53,558 nucleotides of DNA from Candidatus Curtissbacteria bacterium RIFCSPLOWO2_02_FULL_40_11 (GTDB taxonomy: Bacteria; Patescibacteriota; Microgenomatia; Curtissbacterales; GWA2-41-24). A model generated the notes under the pieces. The model saw nothing but the letters and a program-made list of their open reading frames with translations. It did no database searches and was not told the DNA's origin. Where the stretch lies: contig MFBV01000032.1 in NCBI GenBank assembly GCA_001776505.1, positions 1 through 53,558 of the forward strand, read 5' to 3'. The translations under genes were made by a program, and so were the position numbers. Below are positions 1 to 9,061 of the stretch, piece after piece (the first letter of the stretch is position 1; every line of letters begins with the position of its first letter).

Positions 1-2
1 TG

Positions 3-2102
3 CCCAGAAGACGAACCAAAGTTGCTCCAATTCAACTAGAAAAAAAAACTATAATAACCATTGTTGGTTTTTCATTAGTTGGTTTTTCAATTTTACTTTT
101 CCTTTCTTTTTTCACTAATGCTGCAGCACTTACATCTCTCCGGGGGTACTTCTATAAGCTGTTCGGCTTAGGAACAATAATTATCCCTCTTCTTATCATT
201 ATTTCCGCATTACCTTTGCTTTCAGTTAAGCTTCGCGTAGCAAAATTAAACATTATTTTAGGTGCTTTTAGTACGATGCTTTCTTTGCTAGCCCTTATCT
301 CACCGCTAAGGGCTAGCTTAGCTGGAAATCTGCCAAGTGCGCTTTGGTCTGTTATGTCATCTTTGGTCACCCCTGTTGGAGCATTTTTTGTGCTATTTTT
401 TATTTTTATTATTTCAACATTTATTACCCTAAACACGAGTCTGGAAAACGCAATCTCAGCAATCGTTGGTTCTTACAAAAAAATAACTAATTTTTTCAAG
501 TCAGTTAAACTTAAAATTTTTGGACCACCCAAACCAAAATTTGTTACCAAAGGAGCGCCAATTCCCCAAAAAGCGCATATAAGAGATACAGATGGTCCGG
601 CAGGACTTAAAGATAATATCGTAGTTAATACCCCTGGTGAAGCTAAAGTCTGGCAGTACCCACCACTTTCGCTCCTTTCACAATCACGAGGAGCTCAGGC
701 TAACAGAGGCAATTTAAAACAAAATGCCCAAGTGATTGAAAAGACTTTAGAAAGTTTTGGTATTACTGCCAAAGTTGTCGAGGTAAATCTCGGACCAACT
801 GTTACTCAGTATGCGCTGCAAATTCCCATGGGTACCAAGCTTTCAAAAATTTTGACTTTGCAAAACGATCTGGCACTCGCTCTAGCAACACTGACCGGGA
901 ATGTTCGAATCGAAGCACCTATTCCCGGTAAATCACAAGTCGGGATAGAAATACCTAATATCTCACCAGAAATTGTATCTCTAAAGAATATTCTTTCGAA
1001 CGATCAAATGCGCTCAAGCAAGTCAAAACTTACAGTTGGTCTTGGATTAGATGTTTCAGGTTCTCCAGTAATTACCGATATTGCAAAAATGCCGCACGTT
1101 TTAATTGCCGGAACTACCGGGTCGGGTAAATCGGTTCTAATGAACACGATTATCGCAACAATCCTTTTTAGAGCAAGCCCCCAAGAAGTTAAATTTATTA
1201 TGGTTGATCCCAAAAGGGTTGAACTTACCGATTATAATGACATTCCACATTTATTAACTCCGGTAATTGTCGAGCCAGAAAAAATTCTTTCAGCTCTCAA
1301 ATGGACTATGGCAGAAATGGATAGAAGATACAAATTATTTAATAAAGCTCAAGTTAGAAATATCGCAAGCTATAATGAACTTTCAGGTTTTCAAGCCCTT
1401 CCTCATATAGTTTTAGTTGTAGATGAGTTACAGAACCTAATGGAATTTGCACCAGTTGAAGTTGAAGACACGATTGTTCGCTTAGCTGCAATGGCTAGGG
1501 CAACTGGAATCCATTTAGTTGTTGCTACCCAAAGACCATCCGTCGATGTCATTACTGGTCTCATTAAAGCTAACATTCCATGTAGAATTGCTTTCAATGT
1601 TTCTTCCATGGTGGATTCCAGAGTCATAATTGATCAACCGGGCGCAGAAAAACTTTTAGGCAAAGGAGATATGCTTTTTGTTCCGCCCGATGCTTCTAAA
1701 CCATCGAGAATCCAAGGAGTTTATGTCTCCGACACCGAAATAAGAAATCTGATCTCTTTCTTGAAAAAATCAGGTGTCGAGCCAGAATACACAGAAGAAG
1801 TGATCACTATGCCTCTTGGCAAAATGAAAGGCGGGGCAGGTGGAGCCGAGGGTGAAAGAGATGAACTTTTTGAAGAAGCAATCAGAACTGTTTGCCAATA
1901 TGACCGTGCATCAGCATCTCTTCTTCAAAGAAGGCTCAAAATCGGTTATGCTAGAGCAGCAAGAATTTTGGATGAGCTAGAAACTGCCGGAGTAGTAGGT
2001 CAAGGTGAAGGATCAAAACCAAGAGATGTTCTCGTTAAAAATCCCGAAGATTTTTTCCAGGCGCACGCTGAGGCGCAGAATCCACCGCAAGAGTCAGCAT
2101 AA
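3..2102 (+). CDS. ftsK: DNA translocase FtsK/SpoIIIE, 5' end off-window (frame open from nt 3; the TTG at 216 in the ORF track is not the true start)
   Basis: N-terminal TM segments, Walker A AGTTGSGKSV, Walker B LVVDEL, C-terminal winged-helix gamma domain (SASLLQRRLKIGYARAARILDELE). Confidence 0.93.
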   Translation, partial: PRRRTKVAPIQLEKKTIITIVGFSLVGFSILLFLSFFTNAAALTSLRGYFYKLFGLGTIIIPLLIIISALPLLSVKLRVAKLNIILGAFSTMLSLLALISPLRASLAGNLPSALWSVMSSLVTPVGAFFVLFFIFIISTFITLNTSLENAISAIVGSYKKITNFFKSVKLKIFGPPKPKFVTKGAPIPQKAHIRDTDGPAGLKDNIVVNTPGEAKVWQYPPLSLLSQSRGAQANRGNLKQNAQVIEKTLESFGITAKVVEVNLGPTVTQYALQIPMGTKLSKILTLQNDLALALATLTGNVRIEAPIPGKSQVGIEIPNISPEIVSLKNILSNDQMRSSKSKLTVGLGLDVSGSPVITDIAKMPHVLIAGTTGSGKSVLMNTIIATILFRASPQEVKFIMVDPKRVELTDYNDIPHLLTPVIVEPEKILSALKWTMAEMDRRYKLFNKAQVRNIASYNELSGFQALPHIVLVVDELQNLMEFAPVEVEDTIVRLAAMARATGIHLVVATQRPSVDVITGLIKANIPCRIAFNVSSMVDSRVIIDQPGAEKLLGKGDMLFVPPDASKPSRIQGVYVSDTEIRNLISFLKKSGVEPEYTEEVITMPLGKMKGGAGGAEGERDELFEEAIRTVCQYDRASASLLQRRLKIGYARAARILDELETAGVVGQGEGSKPRDVLVKNPEDFFQAHAEAQNPPQESA

Positions 2103-2108
2103 TTTTAT

Positions 2109-2738
2109 ATGAGTAGTTTTGGTGAGCTTCTTAGACAAAGGAGAGAATCTAAACGTATTTCGATTAAGAAGGCATCAAAAAAATTACTCATAAAAAAAGA
2201 TCACCTCATAGCTTTAGAAAATGAAGACTGGCAAAGTTTGCCGGAAGCCACATTTACAAAAGGTTACATCAAAAGTTATTCGGAATTCTTAGGGTTAGAC
2301 AAAGAGAAAATGTTAGCTTTTTACAGGCGTGATTTTGACGAGAGAAAAATACCCAAAACTGAAAGCCACAAGAGTGCGCCAAAGAGTTTTTTCATCACAC
2401 CCAAAAGACTAAGAAATTTTATATTCGCTGTAGCAGTCATAGGGTTCATAGCTTATATAACTGTTCAGTATTCGTCTGTTCTTAAATCTCCTAAACTGGA
2501 AATTCTTCAACCCCCGGAAGACGACATTACCGTTTCTGTTCCCATAATCGAAGTTAGCGGTAAAACAGAAAGCGAGTCACAAGTTTCGATTGACGGCGAA
2601 TTTGTTCCTACAGACCAAGATGGAAACTTTTCACGATTTTACAAACTTGATGAAGGTCAAAACATAATCGAGATTATTGCTTCCAAAAGACTCTCGCCAA
2701 AAACTAAAATCACCCGCACAATCCGTCTCATTCCTTAA
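2109..2738 (+). CDS. RodZ-like HTH membrane protein
   Basis: N-terminal XRE-type HTH (FGELLRQRRESKRISIKKASKKL), FTKGYIKSYSEFLGLD motif, one TM helix, C-terminal beta-rich domain. Confidence 0.7.
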   Translation: MSSFGELLRQRRESKRISIKKASKKLLIKKDHLIALENEDWQSLPEATFTKGYIKSYSEFLGLDKEKMLAFYRRDFDERKIPKTESHKSAPKSFFITPKRLRNFIFAVAVIGFIAYITVQYSSVLKSPKLEILQPPEDDITVSVPIIEVSGKTESESQVSIDGEFVPTDQDGNFSRFYKLDEGQNIIEIIASKRLSPKTKITRTIRLIP

Positions 2739-2757
2739 CTGGAAGCTTAAAAAAAAA

Positions 2758-2786
2758 TTGACAAAATCAACAACTTAAAGTATATC
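2758..2786 (+). promoter_or_regulatory. sigma70-like promoter (TTGACA-N17-TATATC)
   Basis: Consensus -35 at 2758-2763, 17-nt spacer, -10 at 2781-2786, upstream of the DUF948/YtxH pair. Confidence 0.5.
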
Positions 2787-2875
2787 TGTGTGTACGCTAA
2801 ACGCAAAATGCGCTTCACTTACTTTTGGCATTAAGCTTGTAGCGTTCAGCGTTAAGCACAAAAACTAACTGCCCT

Positions 2876-3151
2876 ATGGATCTAACACAAGCTATTCTTT
2901 TATCCGTTATTGTCGTTCTTGCAATATTTCTTGTGGTAATTGGCTTTCAGGCATTTTTTGTGCTCAAAGATTTGCGAAAGTCACTGACAAAAATGAATAA
3001 ATTAATGGAAGATGCCGATGGGTTGGTGTCAGATGTCAAAAAGCCCGTTAACACTGTAACCAGCTTATTTACAGCACTAACAGCCGGTGCCGGAATCGCC
3101 CATATTATTAAAAAAGTTAAACAACTGGAGGGTAAAAGTGAGCGAAAATAA
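2876..3151 (+). CDS. DUF948-like small membrane protein
   Basis: N-terminal TM helix then a coiled segment; paired with a YtxH-like gene as in Firmicutes. Confidence 0.55.
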   Translation: MDLTQAILLSVIVVLAIFLVVIGFQAFFVLKDLRKSLTKMNKLMEDADGLVSDVKKPVNTVTSLFTALTAGAGIAHIIKKVKQLEGKSERK

Positions 3152-3587
3152 CAGCAACAACAACTCCACATTGTTACTTGGAGTAATATTAGGAGCTGCA
3201 CTTACCTATCTTTTTGCAACAAAGAGTGGCCAAAAAACAAGAAAAGAACTTTTTAAAGATGTTGCTAAAATCTTAGAAAACTTAGGTGAGGAACTAGAAG
3301 AGAAAGAAGAATTCAAAGCCGCCTTTGGCGAGCCTCGCCCAAATGGGCGGGAAAAAATAGAAGATAAAAAAGAGGAGATTGAAAAAAAATTAGAAGAAAA
3401 GGTTGAAGCAATCCAAAAAGAGGCAAAAGAAAAATTAGAACAGGTTAAAGAAGAAGCTAGCCAAGAAGTCGAATCAGCAAAAGAAAATATTATTGAGCAG
3501 GTTAGGGAAGTACCCCAGCAAGTTGCCGAAATCCAAAAAAAAGGCCGCCACTTCTTCTTCCGCAAGCGCCATCAGGGCGAATCCTAG
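3138..3587 (+). CDS. YtxH-like general stress protein (GTG start at 3138 after GGAGGG)
   Basis: GVILGAALTYLFATKSGQKTRKELFKD matches the YtxH signature, followed by a K/E-rich coiled coil; RBS GGAGGG at 3127-3132. Confidence 0.65.
   Translation: MSENNSNNNSTLLLGVILGAALTYLFATKSGQKTRKELFKDVAKILENLGEELEEKEEFKAAFGEPRPNGREKIEDKKEEIEKKLEEKVEAIQKEAKEKLEQVKEEASQEVESAKENIIEQVREVPQQVAEIQKKGRHFFFRKRHQGES
3321..3351 (+). repeat. copy of the GC-rich double-hairpin module, in frame in the ytxH-like gene
   Basis: gcctttGGCGAGCCTCGCCCAAATGGGCGGG vs 30147-30174 gccgaaGGCGAACCTCGCCAATGGCGGG. Confidence 0.75.
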
Positions 3588-4186
3588 AGATTATTAGCTT
3601 CGTCAAAAGTGTCATCAGGGTCTGCGAAGCAAATTTTTAGCAACTCAAAGATATTCTCCTCTGTTATAGATTCGCCAACTAAGCTAATTGTTGTTTCAGA
3701 ATAATCTTTGGGTCCCGGACCTTTTATCATGCCGAGAACTTCTTGTAAATTAGTTTGGAATTTGTGACTTTTCCCACTGGGAACAACAATTGAAATATCA
3801 TGAGCTCTCAGTTCATCTTGCTTATCCGACTCCCCAGTATCATAAAGTAATTCAATTTGCCTATTTAAATTCCCCTCATTACTTTCATCATCACTCGCCA
3901 TAAACTTTAAAGAATATATTACTTTACAAAGAGCAGAATCTTTTAGTGCAGGTCTAAAATTTCTTTTTACAGTATATTTTCCAAGACCCATTTCACGAAG
4001 AATTCGTTCGAATTCACCGACTAATATTTTGTCAACACTCTGAAATCTTGCAGTTTGAGCTTCAGTAAACAAACCCTGAGGTAATTCCTGAACTGGTGAA
4101 TTTTCTACCTTATGTCTAGTACGCCACGTATTAGCTAAAGGTATAATTAACTTTCTGTATGCTTCGATTTCGGATCTAACACTCAT
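3584..4186 (-). CDS. hypothetical protein
   Basis: 200-aa ORF with no motif I recognise; convergent with the ytxH-like gene. Confidence 0.5.
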   Translation of the reverse strand: MSVRSEIEAYRKLIIPLANTWRTRHKVENSPVQELPQGLFTEAQTARFQSVDKILVGEFERILREMGLGKYTVKRNFRPALKDSALCKVIYSLKFMASDDESNEGNLNRQIELLYDTGESDKQDELRAHDISIVVPSGKSHKFQTNLQEVLGMIKGPGPKDYSETTISLVGESITEENIFELLKICFADPDDTFDEANNL

Positions 4187-4268
4187 GGAACGGTAATTTT
4201 AGAAATATCAGACGAAAGTGTCAAGGAAATTTTTATTTGTAGCAATACTCTAATATATAATATTCAAA

Positions 4269-6119
4269 ATGAACTCAACCGTAGTCAGGCAAAAGTTTTT
4301 GAAGTTTTTTGCAAACAAGGGTCATAAAATCATTCCTTCGGCATCTTTAGTTCCCGATGAATCCGTCGAGCTTGCCGGGACACAAAGGGTTTTGTTTACC
4401 ACCGCCGGCATGCACCCGCTTGTTCCTTATCTATTGGGCAAAGCGCATCCGGAAGGTCAAAAGCTTACTAACATCCAGCGATGTTTGAGAACGGACGACA
4501 TCGACGAAGTTGGTGATAGTGTCCATAATACATTCTTTGAAATGCTTGGTAACTGGTCAATCGGTGATCCAAAATCATCAGATGGCATTGGCAAAAACGG
4601 CTATTGGAAAGAAGAAGCAATTTCCTGGTCTTATCAGTTTCTTATCAATGAGTTAAAACTCGATGCCAGACGAATTTATGTTTCAGTCTTTGCGGGAGAC
4701 AGTGATGCACCTTTTGATGAGGAATCTTTCGAAATATGGCGAAAACTGGGTGTAGCTGAAAAAAGAATATTTAAATACGGCAAAGAAGAAAATTGGTGGG
4801 GTCCGGTGGGCGAAACTGGCCCATGTGGGCCGGATACCGAAATGTTCTATGATCTTGACCCCACGTCAACAACGCCTATTGACCCCAGTAGCAACAGCAA
4901 TCGTTTCATAGAAATCTGGAACGATGTTTTTATGCAGTACGAGAAGAAAGTCAGAAGTCAGAAGTCAGAAGTCAGAAGTATATCAGAATCAGGCCCAAAC
5001 GAGTTTGAATTTGTTCCACTCAGGCAAAAAAATGTTGATACCGGAATGGGGCTTGAAAGAATTCTTACGGTTGTTCAAAACACCAAATCTATTTACGAAA
5101 CCGACCTTTTTTTGCCATTAATGAAAAAAATAGAAGATCTATCAACAAGTTACAATCAAAAGTCGGCTCGAATTGTTGCCGACCACATTCGCTCTGCAGT
5201 ATTTTTAATTTTCGACAGGGTCACACCATCGAATGTGGAACGCGGCTATATTCTGCGCCGCCTAATTCGAAGATCAATCCGTCACGCATCAATTTTGGAA
5301 ATCAACGAAGACTTTTTACAAAACTTAACTAAAACCGCAGTTAAAATTTATGAAGGTTTTTACCCCGGGCTTATCGAGCATGAAGACTTAATAATAAAAG
5401 AACTGCAAACTGAGGAGCAGAAATTCAAAAAAGCACTTGCTTCAGGAATTAGGGAATTTGAAAAGATAAAGGGCAACATTTCCGGCAAAGCGGCATTTGA
5501 TCTTTACCAGAATTTCGGCTTCCCGATTGAATTAACTGCCGAACTGGCGACAGAAAAAGGGAAAAGCGTAGATGTAAAAGAATTTGAAGAACTTCTGCGC
5601 GAGCATCAAGAAAAATCAAGAAAAGCAAGTGGTAAAACAAAAGGAGGTTTAGCGGTTCAGGGAGAAACAGCAGCCAAGCTACATACTGCCACTCACTTGC
5701 TTCATCAAGCACTTCGCGATGTCTTGGGCAAACATGTTCACCAAACGGGCTCACATATTACAGAAGAAAGGTTAAGGTTTGACTTTAGCCACGGTGAAAA
5801 AATGACCGCCGGCCAAATAAAAAAAGTAGAAAATATTGTTAACAAAAAAATTAAAGAAAATCTTTCCGTAAATAAGAAAATTATGCCTAAACAAGCTGCA
5901 GATAAATTGAGTGCCATTGGGCTGTTTGATGAAAAGTACGGTGATTTAGTTGATGTTTATTACATAGGTAATTCACCACACATCGAGAATGCTTATTCTA
6001 AAGAATTCTGTGGTGGGCCACATGCCAAGTCTACTGGCACTTTGGCAAGTTTTGTGGTAAAAAAAGAAGAATCAGCCGGCGCAGGAGTAAGAAGAATTTA
6101 TGCTACAATAGGAAAGTAA
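4269..6119 (+). CDS. alaS: alanine--tRNA ligase, compact form (616 aa) apparently lacking the C-Ala/DHHA1 domain
   Basis: FTTAGMHP, IEIWNDVFMQY, DTGMGLER, editing-domain HTATHLLHQALR and CGGPH motifs; ORF stops right after the editing domain. Confidence 0.93.
   Translation: MNSTVVRQKFLKFFANKGHKIIPSASLVPDESVELAGTQRVLFTTAGMHPLVPYLLGKAHPEGQKLTNIQRCLRTDDIDEVGDSVHNTFFEMLGNWSIGDPKSSDGIGKNGYWKEEAISWSYQFLINELKLDARRIYVSVFAGDSDAPFDEESFEIWRKLGVAEKRIFKYGKEENWWGPVGETGPCGPDTEMFYDLDPTSTTPIDPSSNSNRFIEIWNDVFMQYEKKVRSQKSEVRSISESGPNEFEFVPLRQKNVDTGMGLERILTVVQNTKSIYETDLFLPLMKKIEDLSTSYNQKSARIVADHIRSAVFLIFDRVTPSNVERGYILRRLIRRSIRHASILEINEDFLQNLTKTAVKIYEGFYPGLIEHEDLIIKELQTEEQKFKKALASGIREFEKIKGNISGKAAFDLYQNFGFPIELTAELATEKGKSVDVKEFEELLREHQEKSRKASGKTKGGLAVQGETAAKLHTATHLLHQALRDVLGKHVHQTGSHITEERLRFDFSHGEKMTAGQIKKVENIVNKKIKENLSVNKKIMPKQAADKLSAIGLFDEKYGDLVDVYYIGNSPHIENAYSKEFCGGPHAKSTGTLASFVVKKEESAGAGVRRIYATIGK
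4949..4979 (+). repeat. heptanucleotide tandem repeat (AGTCAGA x about 4.4) inside alaS
   Basis: Direct reading of agtcagaagtcagaagtcagaagtcagaagt; encodes VRSQKSEVRSQKSEVRS. Confidence 0.95.
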
Positions 6120-6123
6120 TTTT

Positions 6124-6825
6124 ATGGACCCAACTGCCCCAAACGATAACGACCAGGACCAACAAGGAAACGAAAATCAGCAACACAACCCTGTTCAACC
6201 AGGTGGATTCGTAGTTTCTGGAGAACCAGGGGGGGCAAACCCTAATCAAGCACCGTCTAACCTTCAGGTACCGCAACCAACAGCGCAAGAACCTAAACCG
6301 CCAGCAGGGAATAACGATCTACAATCAGATTTGCAGTCAACCGTAGCCGCAGCTACAGGGACAAATCTGGCAGGAAAGCCCGATGCTGATGTTCCACCCG
6401 AACCCGTAGCACCTTTACCATCTACCGAACAGCAACCAGATCCCACTCCGTTTACACCCCCGCCACCTCCACCGTCAGGAGCTGCACCTACTTCAGGTCC
6501 TAGTCCGGTAGGTACTCAACCATCAGGAGATCAGTCAGGAGGAGAATCAAATTCGGGGAAAATGAAATCCCTTATTATTGTAGTTGCAGTGTTTATACTG
6601 GTAGCAATACTCGCTGCAGTAGCTTGGTATTTTATCCTCAATAGAGGACAAACTGTAGAAAATAATGTAACTGGCGATACTTCTCCTTTAGAGCTTCCAT
6701 CTTCACCTTCTCCTAGAACCGAAGGGGGATTTGGTAATTTACCAGAGGGAACACCCGAAGCAACATCACCCGCTGATATCGAAGGGGATTCAGAAGAAGT
6801 TTCACCCCAAGTACCTATAGAATAG
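6124..6825 (+). CDS. proline-rich low-complexity membrane protein
   Basis: P/Q/G-rich N-terminal half, single TM (LIIVVAVFILVAILAAVAWYFIL), acidic C-terminus; locally GC-richer. Confidence 0.6.
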   Translation: MDPTAPNDNDQDQQGNENQQHNPVQPGGFVVSGEPGGANPNQAPSNLQVPQPTAQEPKPPAGNNDLQSDLQSTVAAATGTNLAGKPDADVPPEPVAPLPSTEQQPDPTPFTPPPPPPSGAAPTSGPSPVGTQPSGDQSGGESNSGKMKSLIIVVAVFILVAILAAVAWYFILNRGQTVENNVTGDTSPLELPSSPSPRTEGGFGNLPEGTPEATSPADIEGDSEEVSPQVPIE

Positions 6826-6879
6826 ATTCCCAAGTTTAGACATTAAAGCCTTACAATTGCTAAAATTTACTGATAGTCC

Positions 6880-9057
6880 ATGGCTATAGCCGATATTGTT
6901 GGCCGATTTATAAAAAAAGAGTCTGAAGAAGAAAACAACTTTCTTTCTCTCTCGTTAACTCCCGACAGGGTCCTGGCTACTATTTGGGCACTTGAAGGAG
7001 AAAAGGTTGAAGTTTTAGGATTTTCAAGAAAATCTTTTCAAAACATTGATAGCATTATTCACCAATCAGCTATAGCGATAGATGCTGCTGCCGAGAAGGC
7101 AAAAAGCGACGTTTCGCAAGTTGTGTTTGGTCTTTCTAGCAGTTGGTTTGACGATGGGAAAATTAAAAAAGACGCAATAAAACTTTTAAAAAAACTTTCT
7201 CAAGAGCTCGAGCTAGACTCCCAAGCATTTGTACCGCTAGCATCATCTATTAAAAACTATTTGAAATATGAAGAAGGAGTTACACCTCATGCTGTATTAA
7301 TTGGAGCTTTTAATGATTCTTCTGAGGTCCATTTACTTAAAAACAACGAGGTCGAAAAGACGCTAGAATCAAGGAGCAAACCTACTTTCGAAAAAATATC
7401 AGAGTTAGTTAAACAATTAGGAGATGAAAAAGATCTTCCGCTAAAAATAATTGTTTTTGGTATCCCAGATGATTCCCGGTTAGCAGAAGAGATACAGAAA
7501 CACGAGTGGAGTGGTACTTTTATTCACAAACCGAAAGTCGAGTTTTTAAAAAATAGGGATGTTTCAAAATCTGTTGCTTTTGCGCAAGCAACAGATTTTT
7601 TAGGCCACGAATTGTCTCAGGCGCCAACGGCTACAGCTCCAATTGTTAAACTTGGCGATATTGCCGAGAAAAAATTATCTTCAGAGACTGGCGAACTTGG
7701 ATTTATAGAAGACGAGGATATCCTCAAGAAAAATGAAGAGACGCAACCAGCAGAGAAGGAAACTACTCATCACGAAACACAGGAAGACCTAGCGGTCGAA
7801 GTTGACCAAAATGTTAAACAAGCAGAACCTACTGCAGTAATGCATGAGTCACCTAAAAAAGAAAAGGGGAGTCTCATTGAAAATATTGCAACGTTGGGTT
7901 GGTTCTCTAAATTAACAAATATTTTTAAAGGTCCGGGGGTCGCTAAAAAGTTAGGTATGGGTATTGCTATACTTATGGTTTTGGGGTTAGTGGGGGTGTT
8001 TATGGCAGGTAGAACACTCACTAGTGCAGAAGTAGTAATCAAAGTCAATGCGCAGTCTCAAGAGGAAAGTTTCGATGTAAATGTAATTAAAGGAGCATCA
8101 TCAGATTTTTCAAAACAACAAATTGGCGGACAAGAAATAATAGGCGCGGCTACTGGGAGTCGCAAAGCGGTAGCTACTGGAACTAAAGAACTGGGTGAAC
8201 CGGCCAAGGGCGAAGTAACTATTTTCAATTGGACAACATCAGAGACAACTTTTTCTCCAGGGACAGTTATTATTTCAAAAAACGGTATTAAGTTTGAACT
8301 AGATGGAGATATTTCTGTAGCTTCACGAAGTGCTTCGACCCCAGGAGAATCCAATATAGCTGTTATTGCAGTCGACTTCGGATCTGAAGGCAACGTGGGT
8401 GCAGGAACAGATTTTACGTTCCAAGAATTCGATGAGCTTCTTTACTCCGGAACTAATGAGAATTCATTTTCAGGTGGAGATGAAAAAGAAGTGACCGTTG
8501 TTTCACAAGAAGATTTGGATAAATTAGAAGAATCTTTGCTTGAGACCCTAGAGGAAAATGCAATTTCTAACCTTAAAGAAAAACTGGCCGGTAAAACATT
8601 TTCCGAAAGTAGCATAGATATCGAAGTAACCAAACGAGTTTTTGACCATGAAGTTGATAAAGAGGCGTCTCTTGTGAACCTCGATATGGGAGTTGAAGCA
8701 ACAGCCATAGCATATAGCGACGATGATCTTAAAAAATTGCTTGCAGAAAATGTTAAGGAAGATGCACCCCAAAACCTAGAGGCAAAAGCAGACGACATCA
8801 GATTATTAAGCGTTGATGCCGCAATTACATCTAGGGGTTTAAATCTCACAGGAAATTTTGAAGCAAAATTTGTACCTAAATTCGAAGAAAATGATCTTAA
8901 AGAAAAAATTGCTGGCAAAAGTGTGAAGAAAACACGCGAAATAATTAAAAGTCTACCAGAAGTTTCTGATGTCAGCGTAAACTTCTCACCGAGTTTTTTC
9001 TTTGCAAGTACGTTACCGATTAACAAAGAGAAAATTACATTTAAGGTCGAAACGTAG
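6880..9057 (+). CDS. large membrane protein, cytoplasmic N-terminal domain plus mid TM plus extracellular beta-rich domain
   Basis: 725-aa ORF with TM LGMGIAILMVLGLVGVFMAG near residue 350; C-terminal half resembles baseplate-J-like beta-rich proteins (weak recollection only). Confidence 0.55.
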   Translation: MAIADIVGRFIKKESEEENNFLSLSLTPDRVLATIWALEGEKVEVLGFSRKSFQNIDSIIHQSAIAIDAAAEKAKSDVSQVVFGLSSSWFDDGKIKKDAIKLLKKLSQELELDSQAFVPLASSIKNYLKYEEGVTPHAVLIGAFNDSSEVHLLKNNEVEKTLESRSKPTFEKISELVKQLGDEKDLPLKIIVFGIPDDSRLAEEIQKHEWSGTFIHKPKVEFLKNRDVSKSVAFAQATDFLGHELSQAPTATAPIVKLGDIAEKKLSSETGELGFIEDEDILKKNEETQPAEKETTHHETQEDLAVEVDQNVKQAEPTAVMHESPKKEKGSLIENIATLGWFSKLTNIFKGPGVAKKLGMGIAILMVLGLVGVFMAGRTLTSAEVVIKVNAQSQEESFDVNVIKGASSDFSKQQIGGQEIIGAATGSRKAVATGTKELGEPAKGEVTIFNWTTSETTFSPGTVIISKNGIKFELDGDISVASRSASTPGESNIAVIAVDFGSEGNVGAGTDFTFQEFDELLYSGTNENSFSGGDEKEVTVVSQEDLDKLEESLLETLEENAISNLKEKLAGKTFSESSIDIEVTKRVFDHEVDKEASLVNLDMGVEATAIAYSDDDLKKLLAENVKEDAPQNLEAKADDIRLLSVDAAITSRGLNLTGNFEAKFVPKFEENDLKEKIAGKSVKKTREIIKSLPEVSDVSVNFSPSFFFASTLPINKEKITFKVET

Positions 9058-9061
9058 AGAG

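Noticed and set aside
4924-5121. Alternative-frame 65-aa ORF across the alaS heptamer repeat as evidence of a programmed frameshift
   Set aside because: The main alaS frame is intact through the repeat and resumes conserved motifs (DTGMGLER) in frame. The alternative ORF has no conserved features.
6700-6760. LPEGT string in the Pro-rich protein as a sortase sorting signal
   Set aside because: It is not followed by Gly, a hydrophobic segment or a basic tail, and it sits about 25 residues from an acidic C-terminus. It does not fit an LPXTG cell-wall sorting signal.
9002-9061. Longer N-terminal extensions offered by the ORF track: sortase from 9002, mltG from 13066, ytxH-like from 3087, island ORF from 22488, orphan from 28519, rplE from 35220, rpsD from 42403, ftsK TTG at 216
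   Set aside because: The extensions overlap the preceding gene or add residues ahead of canonical N-termini (MARYTGPK for S4, MSRLNDKY for L5). Internal starts have better context. ftsK is open to the window edge.
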